The notes under the pieces were generated by a model, which made no database searches, was not told the origin of the DNA, and worked only from the letters and a program-made list of their open reading frames with translations. Source: Myxococcota bacterium (GTDB lineage Bacteria; Myxococcota_A; UBA9042; PHBI01; JAWLBL01). Taken from it: DNA of 64,000 nucleotides. The stretch is from assembly GCA_041687695.1 (NCBI GenBank), contig JAWLBL010000017.1, positions 119,383 to 183,382 of the forward strand, written 5' to 3'. The translations under genes were made by a program, and so were the position numbers. This document shows positions 1 through 9,043 of the stretch, in pieces (position 1 is the first letter of the stretch; the number at the start of each line of letters is the position of its first letter).

Positions 1-768
1 GGTCTTGCGTTGGAGGACCTTCTGGGCTTCGCGTGAGGCCTGCAGGGCCTCGACGAGCACGGCGTGGGCCGGTGCGTCGAGCAGCGTATACAGGACGCCC
101 GCGTCGCGGGGGCTCGCGTGGGCCGCCGCGCGAAGCAGGTTGTAGGCGCCTTGAGGCGTCCTGGGGTCCTTCGAGGCGATCCAGGCCTTTCGGTGCTCGT
201 CGGCGGCAGCGAGCACGCCGTCCGCGTTCTGGCGGAGGGCCGCGATCCGCGGGTTCTGCTCGAACAGATCCATCACGAGGCGGGAGCGCCAGCCTTCTTC
301 GGTGCGCTGGAAGGTGAACTGCTCTCCCGCGGAGGTGTGGATGACGGCCGTGTCCCCGTCGATCACGGCGCCGCGCGTGCGCAGGCCATCGCGCGCCTCG
401 TCGTCGAGGCGCATGGCCTTCTCGTCGAGCAGGGCGTCGAGGAGCCGCGGGCCCGCATCCGGGTCGTCGGTGGCCACCCCTGCGAAGAGCTGGGCGCCGA
501 GCGCCGCACGGGCGCGCTCTCGATCTTCCCCCTCGTAGAGGCCATCGGCCGCGGCGAGCGCTTCGTGGACCCGCGCGTGCAGCGCGAGGATCTCTTCGCG
601 GGCCTTGGGCGCAGACAGGGTCCACAGGGCGGTCATGTCGCCGCGCTCGAGCGCCTGCACGGTCTCGTCCAGGACGGTCGAGACGGCGACCTGCTCGGGA
701 TCGGGCTCGCAGGCGAGGACGGCGAGCGCCAGGAGGGCCGTGGAGAGCGACTTCGCAAACGTGTTCAT
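1..768 (-). CDS. Hypothetical lipoprotein, 3' end outside the window
   Basis: Not in the ORF track. Manual translation from ATG at 768 gives MNTFAKSLSTALLALAVLACEPDPEQ..., open to position 1, with a lipobox-like VLAC and GC3-rich codons. Confidence 0.75.
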   Translation of the reverse strand, partial: MNTFAKSLSTALLALAVLACEPDPEQVAVSTVLDETVQALERGDMTALWTLSAPKAREEILALHARVHEALAAADGLYEGEDRERARAALGAQLFAGVATDDPDAGPRLLDALLDEKAMRLDDEARDGLRTRGAVIDGDTAVIHTSAGEQFTFQRTEEGWRSRLVMDLFEQNPRIAALRQNADGVLAAADEHRKAWIASKDPRTPQGAYNLLRAAAHASPRDAGVLYTLLDAPAHAVLVEALQASREAQKVLQRKT

Positions 769-1001
769 GGACGTCTCGCTAGTAGCACGGAGGCGCCGGC
801 GGGCGCTCGAGCAGAGTGCCGGGCGGCGCGCCGATCGACAAGAGGCGCGGCGGCGTGCGTGGCGCCGGGTGACCGGCGCGTCATCCGCGGGCGCCGAGCC
901 GTGCCTCGCAAGTCGGTCCGCCGCAAGGGGACGCCGTCGGTGACGTCGGCCCCGGACCCTCGGGTTGACACGGCCGACCGGGTCCGTGATACGCGGTCGG
1001 C

Positions 1002-1463
1002 ATGTCACGTGGACTGCCGATACTCACGGTGTTGATGGCCTGGTTGATGCTCGGGGGGTGCGCTCGGAAGGAGCCCGCGCCCGTCGAGGCGGTCGCGACG
1101 GTCTATTCCGCCCTGGCCGAGTACAGCTCGCGAGGCCGGCCCGGTCTGCTGGAGGTGGCCTACGATCACCTGGACAGCGGCACGCGAGCGAAGCTTCAGG
1201 CCCGAGCCAAGGAGGCGTCGGCGGCCACGGGCGTCGAGGTGCAGCCTTGGGAGCTCCTGGGGGCCCGCGGGATGGTGGGCGGCGACCGGGTCTCCGACGT
1301 CGAGCTGGTCTCGCAGACGGGCGACGAGGCGCGCGTGTCGGTCAAGTTCGCCTGGTGGGTGCCCGAGCAGGCCGGAGGCAAGCCGCTGCAACCCGAGCCG
1401 GTCGAGGTGAAGGCCGTGCGCGAGGAGGGGCAGTGGCGCGTCGTCCTGCCGCTGCCGCTTTAG
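1002..1463 (+). CDS. Hypothetical lipoprotein
   Basis: Signal peptide ending LGGC; C-terminal AVREEGQWRV is reminiscent of NTF2-like/DUF4878 lipoproteins. Confidence 0.7.
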   Translation: MSRGLPILTVLMAWLMLGGCARKEPAPVEAVATVYSALAEYSSRGRPGLLEVAYDHLDSGTRAKLQARAKEASAATGVEVQPWELLGARGMVGGDRVSDVELVSQTGDEARVSVKFAWWVPEQAGGKPLQPEPVEVKAVREEGQWRVVLPLPL

Positions 1464-1487
1464 GGCGAGAGGATGTGAGGAGTGGGC

Positions 1488-2357
1488 ATGGCCGGTCGAC
1501 CGACGAAGAGGGACCGCACCCGCTGGCTGGTGCGACGTGACGGCGCCGAGTACGGGCCGTATTCGACCGACCAGCTGCTCGAGGAGATCGCGCTCCGGCG
1601 GGTCGACCTGGGGACGCCGGTGTGTGACCTGGCGCGACGCGAGTGGAACCCGGCCGGCGAGCACGCCCCGTTTCGGGATCACTACGCCCAGTGCATCAAG
1701 CGCTGGGAGGTCGAGGCGCTCGAGGCCGACGTCGACAAGCACGAGCGCAAGCTCAAGGCGATGGACAACGTCAAGGGCGGCGCCTGGCGGCTGATGGTGG
1801 TCGGCCTGGTGCTGGCGACGGCCCTGGGGAGCTGGATCGTCTGGCGGATCCTGAAGGCGGAGCCGACGGGGATCGCCGATGCCGTCGCCGTGCCGGAGCT
1901 GCCTGCGCTGCCCGACGCGCCCCAGCCGCGGATGACGGCGAGCGGGATCGAGGTCCTGGCGGCCGGGACCAAGGTCGCCGTGCTCAAGGAATACGAAAAC
2001 TACGACACGGCGGGCGTCGGCTCGGAGGCGGGGGCCGCCGCGGCGGTGACGCGGTTCGACTTCGAGGGGGGCGAGGGCGGCGGGCTGGATCCGAGCACGC
2101 TCAAGCGCATTCTGGGCGAGGCCAAGGCGGGCCTGGTCGGCTGCGCCCAGCAGGCGGCCACGCGCTCGGCGTCGTTCAAGGGCACCAAGGTGACGTTCGT
2201 CGTCCGCTCGGGGCGCCTCGACAGCTTCACGGTGGGGCGCGAGGCGCTGTCGAACGCGCCGTTCAAGGCCTGCGTCAAGGGCGTGCTCAAGCGCGTCAAG
2301 GTGCCCAGGTTCGCGGGTTCGGACCACAAGGTCAGCTTCCCGCTGGTCGTGCAGTGA
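1488..2357 (+). CDS. GYF_2 (DUF4339) domain membrane protein with AgmX/PglI-like C-terminal domain
   Basis: WLVRRDGAEYGPYSTDQL...W GYF_2 pattern, one TM helix, Pro-rich linker, C-terminal domain with paired Cys (LVGC...FKAC...VSFPLVV). Confidence 0.7.
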   Translation: MAGRPTKRDRTRWLVRRDGAEYGPYSTDQLLEEIALRRVDLGTPVCDLARREWNPAGEHAPFRDHYAQCIKRWEVEALEADVDKHERKLKAMDNVKGGAWRLMVVGLVLATALGSWIVWRILKAEPTGIADAVAVPELPALPDAPQPRMTASGIEVLAAGTKVAVLKEYENYDTAGVGSEAGAAAAVTRFDFEGGEGGGLDPSTLKRILGEAKAGLVGCAQQAATRSASFKGTKVTFVVRSGRLDSFTVGREALSNAPFKACVKGVLKRVKVPRFAGSDHKVSFPLVVQ

Positions 2358-2383
2358 CCGCGTGAGGGGAGGGCGGGTGGGCT

Positions 2384-2992
2384 TCACGGCGCGACCCGTC
2401 CAGCGTGCGGACCGACGCAGCTGGCCCATCGATCGCCGGCCACGACGACGTGGTCGTGCAGCTGCACGCCGAGGAGGCGCGCTCGCTCGCTGAGGTCGGC
2501 CGTCAGCTGGCGGTCGAGGCGGCTGGGCGTCACGTCACCGCTGGGGTGGTTGTGGACGAGGAAGGCGCCGGCCGCCCCGTCGACGACCAGAGGCCGCAGC
2601 ACGTCGGTGGCGTCGATGGCGCAGTAGGAGCGGCCACCACGGGCGACGACGTGGCGCGACAGTGGGCGGAGGCCGGCGTCGGCGGTCAGGAGCCAGAGCT
2701 CCTCGACCGGCGAGATGGACAGGGGCGCTGCCAGCCGGGCGACCTGCGCGGGCGAGAGCACGCTGGGAGGTGGCTCGGCGGCCATGGCGAGGGTCGAGAG
2801 CGCGAAGGCCGCCTCGATGCGCTTGGCTTCGTCCGCCGAGATCGAGCCAACCCGTTCCAGGCGCTCGGCCGAGGCGAGGCGGAGGCGGTGGGGGCCGCCG
2901 ATGGCGGCGAGCAAGTTTGCGGCGCGCTGGGAGGCGTCGCGCGGCTCGAGGAGCCGCGTCAGCGGCTGCAGGATGGCGGTCGAGGCGTTCAT
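2384..2992 (-). CDS. radC: RadC-family JAB/MPN domain protein
   Basis: VEELW...HNHPSGDVTPSRLD...LHDHVVV motif preceded by an HhH-like segment; start chosen at MNASTA. Confidence 0.9.
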   Translation of the reverse strand: MNASTAILQPLTRLLEPRDASQRAANLLAAIGGPHRLRLASAERLERVGSISADEAKRIEAAFALSTLAMAAEPPPSVLSPAQVARLAAPLSISPVEELWLLTADAGLRPLSRHVVARGGRSYCAIDATDVLRPLVVDGAAGAFLVHNHPSGDVTPSRLDRQLTADLSERARLLGVQLHDHVVVAGDRWASCVGPHAGRVAP

Positions 2993-3089
2993 GCCAAGGG
3001 CGATAGCAGGAAGCATGCCATCCGCGCGGGCCGGACGGACGGTGCCTGGACCGCGCGCCGCAGAGGGGCTGGGGAGCGGCCGCTGGGGT

Positions 3090-3246
3090 GTCCCACGGTG
3101 TCCCATGGATGGGACGGTTGGGACGGTTTGATACACCCACGCATGGGACAGTCGGGCCGCGAGGCGAGGGGCTGGCGAGGCGTCACAGATGCGGGCCGCG
3201 ACCGGCCCGGGTGCCGTTGACATGCGATGGGCCCGCATGGTAGTTC
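3090..3246. promoter_or_regulatory. Divergent radC/TRAP control region with repeated half-sites and a sigma70-like promoter
   Basis: GTCCCA at 3090 and 3100; TGGGAC at 3110, 3119 and 3144; TTGACA at 3217-3222 overlapped by the dyad CATGCG-N7-CGCATG (3221-3239); weak -10 TAGTTC at 3241. Confidence 0.5.
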
Positions 3247-3301
3247 GAGCCTGCCTTTGAGTGAGAAGTGTCGGTAAGTAAACGGATTTTCGGAGGGCGG
3301 C

Positions 3302-4204
3302 ATGCGCTTGACGAGCCTGCTCGGGTGTGTGGCGGTGCTGGTGCTGGCGGTGGGTTGCGGCGGTAGCCGTCAGTCGGGGATCTGCGGGGACGATCCGGTC
3401 CCGACGATGCAGGGCGACGCGAGCGCGTTCGCCGCCGATGGCGACGCCGCCTGGGAGCAGCGCGGTGACGAGGCGCAGCTGCGCAAGGCCATCGAGTCGT
3501 GGTCCAAGGCGCTGCAGGTCGACCCGTCGCGCGCGGACCTGCGCGTGAAGTTGGCCCGCGCCCACTACTTCCTGGCCGACGGCTACCTGAGGTTCGACGA
3601 GGCCAACGCCGAGGAGATGCTGCGGCAGTTCCAGGCGGGCACGAACCAGGCCGAGCTGGCGCTGGGGCAGAAGTATCCCGCCTTCCGCGGCAAGTACTGC
3701 GGTCGGCAGCCCTTCAACACCGCGCTCCGCGAGCTCGACAAGGGCGCCGTGCCGGCCATGTACTGGTACGCGACGAACCTCGGCAAGTACGCGCTGGCCA
3801 AGAACATCATGGAGGTCCTCAACCAGAAGGACCGCATCGAGGCCATGATGCAGCAGGTCCTCAAGCTCGAGCCGGGCTACTTCCACAACGCCGCGGACCG
3901 CTACTTCGGCGCGTTCTACACCAAGATCCCGTTCCCCAACGGCGATCTGGCTCGCAGCGCCAAGCACTTCGAGCGCTCCATCGAGGGCTCGCCGACCAGC
4001 CTGTCCACCAAGGTGCTCTACGCCGAGATGAACGCGGTCAAGGCCAAGGACCGCGCCTTGTTCGAGCGTCTGCTGAACGAGGTCATCGCCTTCGACCTGT
4101 CGACCGAGCCCGCGCTGAAGGCCGAGAACGCGGCCGAGCAGCGCAAGGCCAAGCTCCTCCTCGAGGAGATCGACGTCTTCTTCGCCGACGCCTCCGAGGA
4201 GTGA
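3302..4204 (+). CDS. TRAP transporter TatT component (TPR-like lipoprotein)
   Basis: Lipobox AVGC; helical TPR-like body (LKLEPGYFHNAADRYFGAFYTKIP...GDLARSAKHFERSI); first gene of a dctPQM operon. Confidence 0.85.
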   Translation: MRLTSLLGCVAVLVLAVGCGGSRQSGICGDDPVPTMQGDASAFAADGDAAWEQRGDEAQLRKAIESWSKALQVDPSRADLRVKLARAHYFLADGYLRFDEANAEEMLRQFQAGTNQAELALGQKYPAFRGKYCGRQPFNTALRELDKGAVPAMYWYATNLGKYALAKNIMEVLNQKDRIEAMMQQVLKLEPGYFHNAADRYFGAFYTKIPFPNGDLARSAKHFERSIEGSPTSLSTKVLYAEMNAVKAKDRALFERLLNEVIAFDLSTEPALKAENAAEQRKAKLLLEEIDVFFADASEE

Positions 4205-4292
4205 GTCGCGCGAGGTGAAGACCGGGGGGCCGGAGCGCGTCGCTGCTCCGGCGCCGACGTCCGCGCCCGACCCGAGAACAAGGAGCCGTGAG

Positions 4293-5306
4293 ATGACTCG
4301 ATCTGGAACCTACCGCTGGTTGACCTCCGCCCTGCTGGCCGCGTCCCTCGTCTTCGGCGCAGGCGGCGCCGCCATGGCGCAGGAGGGCGAGTTCACGTTG
4401 CGCATCGGGACGGTCGCCCCGCAGGGGACGCCGTGGTCGGCGCTCCTGGCGAGCGTCAAGAAGCGCATCGAGAAGGAGTCGGGCGGCCGGATCAAGGTCA
4501 AGCTGTACCTGGGCGGTCAGCTCGGCAGCGAGAACAGCCTGGTGCGTCGCTGCCAGAGCGGCTCCGTCGGCGGCATCGCCGTGTCCAACGGCGCGCTCGG
4601 CTCGGCGGTGCCCGAGCTGTTCAGCACGGAGCTGCCCTTTCTGTTCTCGAGCTACGAGCAGGCCGACCGCGCCCTGGACGCGTCGACCCCGCTGGTCCGC
4701 GAGCTGATGGCCGACAAGGGCTTCGTCTTCTACATGTGGGGCGAGAACGGCTTTCGCCACTTCGGCTCCAAAGAGAAGTTCATGATGACGCCGGCGGATC
4801 TCCGCGGTCAGAAGATGCGCGCGCAGCCGGCGATGCCGCACGTCGAGATGTATCGCACGCTCGGCGCCAGCGCCTCGACCATCGCGGTCGGCGAGGTCAC
4901 CAGCGCCCTGGCCAACAACGTGGTCGTCGGCTTCGACAACACGCTGCTGTATGCGTTCGCGACCCAGTGGCACAAGGAGGTCAAGTACATGACCCTGTCG
5001 AGCCACATCTACCAGCCGGCGATCGTGACCTGGTGCAAGTCGTTCTACGACAGCCTGCCGGACGACCTGAAGAAGGTGATGGACGCCGTCCCCGAGGGCG
5101 AGACCAAGCGTGGCCGCTCGGCGGTGCGTGCCATGAACAAGCTGCTCGAGAAGAAGGTGGCCGAGGCCGGCGTCGAGGTGAAGGCGCTGTCGGACGCGCA
5201 GAAGGCCGCGTTCAAGGCCGCCACCGCGTCGGTGCACGGTAAGTTCAAGGCCGAGACGTCGGCCAAGGGTCGGCAGCTGCTGGAGCTGCTGCAGAAGCAC
5301 CTGTAG
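4293..5306 (+). CDS. dctP: TRAP substrate-binding protein
   Basis: Signal peptide; GTVAPQGTPW, YLGGQLGSE, GENGFRHF, DLRGQKMR motifs; AGGAG upstream. Confidence 0.95.
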   Translation: MTRSGTYRWLTSALLAASLVFGAGGAAMAQEGEFTLRIGTVAPQGTPWSALLASVKKRIEKESGGRIKVKLYLGGQLGSENSLVRRCQSGSVGGIAVSNGALGSAVPELFSTELPFLFSSYEQADRALDASTPLVRELMADKGFVFYMWGENGFRHFGSKEKFMMTPADLRGQKMRAQPAMPHVEMYRTLGASASTIAVGEVTSALANNVVVGFDNTLLYAFATQWHKEVKYMTLSSHIYQPAIVTWCKSFYDSLPDDLKKVMDAVPEGETKRGRSAVRAMNKLLEKKVAEAGVEVKALSDAQKAAFKAATASVHGKFKAETSAKGRQLLELLQKHL

Positions 5307-5326
5307 GTCGGGAGCGCGAGCGCACC

Positions 5327-6310
5327 ATGTCGGATCCGAAGGGGAGCGAGGCCCCGAGCCTCGCCGAGCGACTCGACCGGCAGGTGCACGCGGTCGAGGG
5401 GGGGCTCGTCACGGGCGCGCTGCTCGTGATGGCCCTCACCTACTTCCTGACCATCGTCTACCGGGAGATGCGCGCCGAGACGAGCGCGTTCGATCGGTTG
5501 TTCCTCGACCTGTTCTTTGGGTTCGGGACCGTGCAGGAGGCCAAGGACGCTCCCGAGGTCCTCGCCCGGGTCAAGAACGTCGTCACGCCGCTCATCCTGG
5601 GCGCCTTCACGTTCGGCATGGCCATCCTGGCGGTGCGCACGCGAGAGCGCGTGGACCTCGAGCCCGGCGCCGAGCCCCCGCCGGTGCGGTGGGGACGACG
5701 CCTCGGTCTGGCCGCCGTGTCCACGGCCGTCGCGTACGGGGCGCTCAAGGTCATCGAGGTGACCCCGGCACGGGTCCTCTGTTTGGTGGCGCTGTTGGCC
5801 ATGCTGGGGCCGGCGGTCGTCATCACCTGGCGTCGCCGCGCGCTGGGCGGCCTCGCGGGGGCCGCGCTCGGCGGCGGACTCATGGCCTGGTTCTTCGCCA
5901 CCAAGGTCGAGCAGGCCTACCTGTGGAGCGCCGAGCTGTCGAGCGTGCTGCTCATGTACGTCGGGTTCATCGGCGCCTCGATGGCGACGCGCGAGCGCCG
6001 CCACATCCGCGTGGACTTCGTCCGCAAGAACGTGCCGCCGCGTTTTCTGAACCTCTACAACGCCCTGGGCGGGCTGGTGACGGTTCTGTTCATCGTCTTC
6101 CTGCTGGTCCTGGCGACGCAGTACCTGAGCAGCCAGATGGGCCACGGCTCGATGCTCCAGGCGACCGGCCTGCCCGAGTACGCGGTTTCGCTGCCCATCG
6201 CGCTGGCGCTGGTGCTCATGGCCGTGCGGTTCGCCGGCCAGGCCCTCGCCGACCTGCGAGGCTTCTTGCGGGGTGAGGTCCCCGCCCCGACCGGGCCGGA
6301 GATCCACTGA
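5327..6310 (+). CDS. dctQ: TRAP small permease, extended
   Basis: WSAELSSVLLMYVGFIGASMATRERRHIRVD DctQ signature; extra N-terminal TM helices. Confidence 0.9.
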   Translation: MSDPKGSEAPSLAERLDRQVHAVEGGLVTGALLVMALTYFLTIVYREMRAETSAFDRLFLDLFFGFGTVQEAKDAPEVLARVKNVVTPLILGAFTFGMAILAVRTRERVDLEPGAEPPPVRWGRRLGLAAVSTAVAYGALKVIEVTPARVLCLVALLAMLGPAVVITWRRRALGGLAGAALGGGLMAWFFATKVEQAYLWSAELSSVLLMYVGFIGASMATRERRHIRVDFVRKNVPPRFLNLYNALGGLVTVLFIVFLLVLATQYLSSQMGHGSMLQATGLPEYAVSLPIALALVLMAVRFAGQALADLRGFLRGEVPAPTGPEIH

Positions 6311-8052
6311 TGCTTTCGGGCCTGTCCCTCACCTCCGGGGCGATGCTGGCGGCGGCCGAGCCGATGGCGGGAGGGGGCGTCCTCATCGTCGCCGTCCTGC
6401 TCGGGCTCATCCTGCTCGGCGCGCCCCTGTTCGTCATCATCGGCGGCCTGACCGTCGCCTGCTTCGTCGCCTTCCCGGAGTTCGCCGCGGCCTTCGACTC
6501 GCTCGAGGGCTTCACGCGCAACTTCAACCTCATCGAGCGCATGGTCGAGCTGGCCGAGCAGCCGACCATGGTCGCCATCCCCTTCTTCATGATCGCCGGC
6601 GCCATCATGAGCCGCGGCGCCATCGCCCGGCGCCTGGTCGACTTCGCCAACGCCGTCTTCGGCTGGCTCCCGGGCGGCCTCGCCCTGAGCACCATCGCCG
6701 CCTGCATGTTCTTCGCCGCCATCAGCGGCTCCTCGCCCGTCACGGTCATCACCATCGGCGCCATCATGCTGCCGGCCATGGTCGCCGCCGGCTACAAGGA
6801 GAACCTCGGCGTCGGCCTCATCACCTCGGCCGGCACGCTCGGCATCATCATCCCGCCCTCCATCCCGATGATCATCTACGCCATCTTCGCGTCGAGCGCG
6901 GGGCAGTCGGTGAACATCGAGGACCTCTTCATCGCGGGCATCGGGCCGGGGATCCTCATCGGCCTGCTGCTCGCCGGCTACTGCATCCTCAAGGGCCGGG
7001 GCGTCGCGCGCGAGCGCTTCAGCGGGTCCAAGGTCGCCCAGACCTTCCTCGACGGCATCTGGTCGCTGTCGCTGCCGGGGTTCATCCTGGGCGGCATCTA
7101 CCTCGGGCTGTTCAACGCGACCGAGGCCGCCGCCATCAGCGTCGTCCTGGCGCTCGTCATCGAGCTGCTCATCCACAAGAGCATCAAGCCGGACGAGCTG
7201 CCGAAGATCCTGACCGAGTCGGCCGTGCTGATGGGCTCCATCCTCATCATCATCTGCGTGGCCTTCGGCTTCAGCGAGTTCATGGCCATCAAGCAGATCC
7301 CCAGCCAGATCGTCGGCTGGCTGGCAGAGTGGGAGCTGACGCCCTTCACGTTCGTCCTGCTCCTGAACGTCCTGCTCCTGCTGGTCGGCTGCCTGATGGA
7401 CATCATCAGCGCCATCATCCTCTTCGTCCCCCTCATCGCGCCCATCGCCGGTCAGCTGGGCTTCGACCCCGTGCACGTCGGGCTCATCTTCATCGTGAAC
7501 CTCGAGATCGGCTACCTGACGCCGCCGCTCGGGCTGAACCTGTTCGTTACGACGAGCTACTTCAACAAGTCCTTCGGGATGGTCATCCGGTCGGTGGCGC
7601 CGTTCCTGCTCATCCTGGCCTCGAGCCTGATGATCGTCACCTACGTGCCCACCATCTCGCTGGGCCTCGGCAACCTGAAGGCCGACCGGGACTTCTGGGT
7701 GCCGTTCCCCGAGAGCCGCGTCCTGAAGCCGCTCGACGACGGGCCGGCCGAGGACGAGCTGCTCGACGACGACCTGCTGCTCGACCCGCTCGAGGCCCAG
7801 ATCGACGACGACGGGGCGTCGCCGACGCCCAAGCAGGGGGAAGACACCATCCAGGACATGATGCAGGATCCCGAGTACCGCAAGCTCATGCAGGAGATGG
7901 CGGCCGACGGTGAGGGCGACGAGGAGCCGGAGGCAGAGGTCGAGCCCGAGCCGGAGCCCGAGCCGGAGCCGGCGGGGGCCGAGACCATCCAGGACATGAT
8001 GAAGGATCCCGAGTACCGCAAGCTCATGCGCGAGATGCAGCAGGCGGAGTAG
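6310..8052 (+). CDS. dctM: TRAP large permease with acidic C-terminal tail
   Basis: AIPFFMIAG, FAAISGSS, GTLGIIIPPSIPMIIY, EIGYLTPPLGLNLF motifs; TGATG coupling to dctQ. Confidence 0.95.
   Translation: MLSGLSLTSGAMLAAAEPMAGGGVLIVAVLLGLILLGAPLFVIIGGLTVACFVAFPEFAAAFDSLEGFTRNFNLIERMVELAEQPTMVAIPFFMIAGAIMSRGAIARRLVDFANAVFGWLPGGLALSTIAACMFFAAISGSSPVTVITIGAIMLPAMVAAGYKENLGVGLITSAGTLGIIIPPSIPMIIYAIFASSAGQSVNIEDLFIAGIGPGILIGLLLAGYCILKGRGVARERFSGSKVAQTFLDGIWSLSLPGFILGGIYLGLFNATEAAAISVVLALVIELLIHKSIKPDELPKILTESAVLMGSILIIICVAFGFSEFMAIKQIPSQIVGWLAEWELTPFTFVLLLNVLLLLVGCLMDIISAIILFVPLIAPIAGQLGFDPVHVGLIFIVNLEIGYLTPPLGLNLFVTTSYFNKSFGMVIRSVAPFLLILASSLMIVTYVPTISLGLGNLKADRDFWVPFPESRVLKPLDDGPAEDELLDDDLLLDPLEAQIDDDGASPTPKQGEDTIQDMMQDPEYRKLMQEMAADGEGDEEPEAEVEPEPEPEPEPAGAETIQDMMKDPEYRKLMREMQQAE
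7846..8037 (+). repeat. 54-bp near-identical direct repeat pair within dctM tail
   Basis: 7846-7899 and 7984-8037 encode TIQDMMQDPEYRKLMQEM and TIQDMMKDPEYRKLMREM. Confidence 0.9.
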
Positions 8053-8131
8053 GGACGGGGAGGGGGCGCGCGTCGCCGGCCCCCGACCAGCCTCGGCAGC
8101 CGTCCTCGGCGCGAGTCCTCAGCGCAAGTCC

Positions 8132-8818
8132 TCAGTGAAGGACGGGCGGCGTCTCGCCGGGGTCGTCAGCCGCGCGGAGGTCCCGCGCGGCGTCCTCATC
8201 GGGCTGGTCGAGGCGGGCCGGGCGTACGGCGAAGCCCAGGTCGGCCCAGAAGCGCAGGAAGAAGATGGCCTTTTCGAGGTAGTCGCGCGCGTCGAGCTCG
8301 TCGAGGCCGCGATAGCGGCCCTGTGCGAGCGCGGCGGCGAGATCGGTGGCGAGGGCGACCATCGCTGGCGGCGTCATGGCCTGCTGGGCGCGCAGCCACA
8401 GGTCCTCGTCGTCCAGGACGACCTCGAGGGCGCCGGCCGAGAACTCGCATGGGTCCATGGGAAAGAGGCTGTAGGGCGAGGCGTAGGGGCAACGTTCGCA
8501 GTCGTGCTCGCGTCGCCGGGCGCTCAAGTAGTCTTCGAGCTCGAGGTCCAGGTCCGACTCGCCGTACTCGTCGATGAGGCGGCTCTCCCAGTCGGGGTCG
8601 TCCTCGAGGCGCGGCGCCGACACGGCCTCACAGGGCGGGACGGTCAGGGCCTGATACCGCTCTTCGAGGGCCACGAGCTCGGCCATCTCCTCGCCGACCA
8701 GGCCCTGCGTCACGGCCTGCTCGACCAGGCGCTCCACCTCGTCGGCCACCGAGGGCTCCCGGCAGGCGCCCGCGCGGAACGGCCGAATCAGCCGCCAATC
8801 CAATCGCTTCATGCTCAT
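8132..8818 (-). CDS. Hypothetical acidic protein with CxxC
   Basis: 228-aa ORF with normal composition; CERCPY...DPCEF. Confidence 0.7.
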   Translation of the reverse strand: MSMKRLDWRLIRPFRAGACREPSVADEVERLVEQAVTQGLVGEEMAELVALEERYQALTVPPCEAVSAPRLEDDPDWESRLIDEYGESDLDLELEDYLSARRREHDCERCPYASPYSLFPMDPCEFSAGALEVVLDDEDLWLRAQQAMTPPAMVALATDLAAALAQGRYRGLDELDARDYLEKAIFFLRFWADLGFAVRPARLDQPDEDAARDLRAADDPGETPPVLH

Positions 8819-8988
8819 GCTCGCAACCTGCGTCGCTCCGGCGGCGAGCCCCGAGGTGGCTCGTGGGTGGGGCCGACGCGCCCGCTAGTCTGGACCCGTG
8901 CCGGCGCCGCCGCAATGGTTCATCGGTCCCGGTGCCGGCTCCGGACCGGGCCGAGCCGTCGTCCGAGGGCCCGGGGCCGCGGCGCACC

Positions 8989-9018
8989 TTGACTCGGCGG
9001 CGGGCCGGCTCGGATAAT
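8989..9018 (+). promoter_or_regulatory. Putative sigma70 promoter
   Basis: TTGACT-N18-GATAAT upstream of the FG-GAP gene. Confidence 0.5.
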
Positions 9019-9043
9019 CCGCGGCGGCCCCGGGGAGACACGC

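Noticed and set aside
64..1035. 323-aa plus-strand ORF
   Set aside because: Antisense shadow of the minus-strand lipoprotein at 1-768.
2384..2992. radC as a mobile-element or anti-defence marker
   Set aside because: It has an HhH-like N-terminus and chromosomal neighbours, with no mobility genes nearby.
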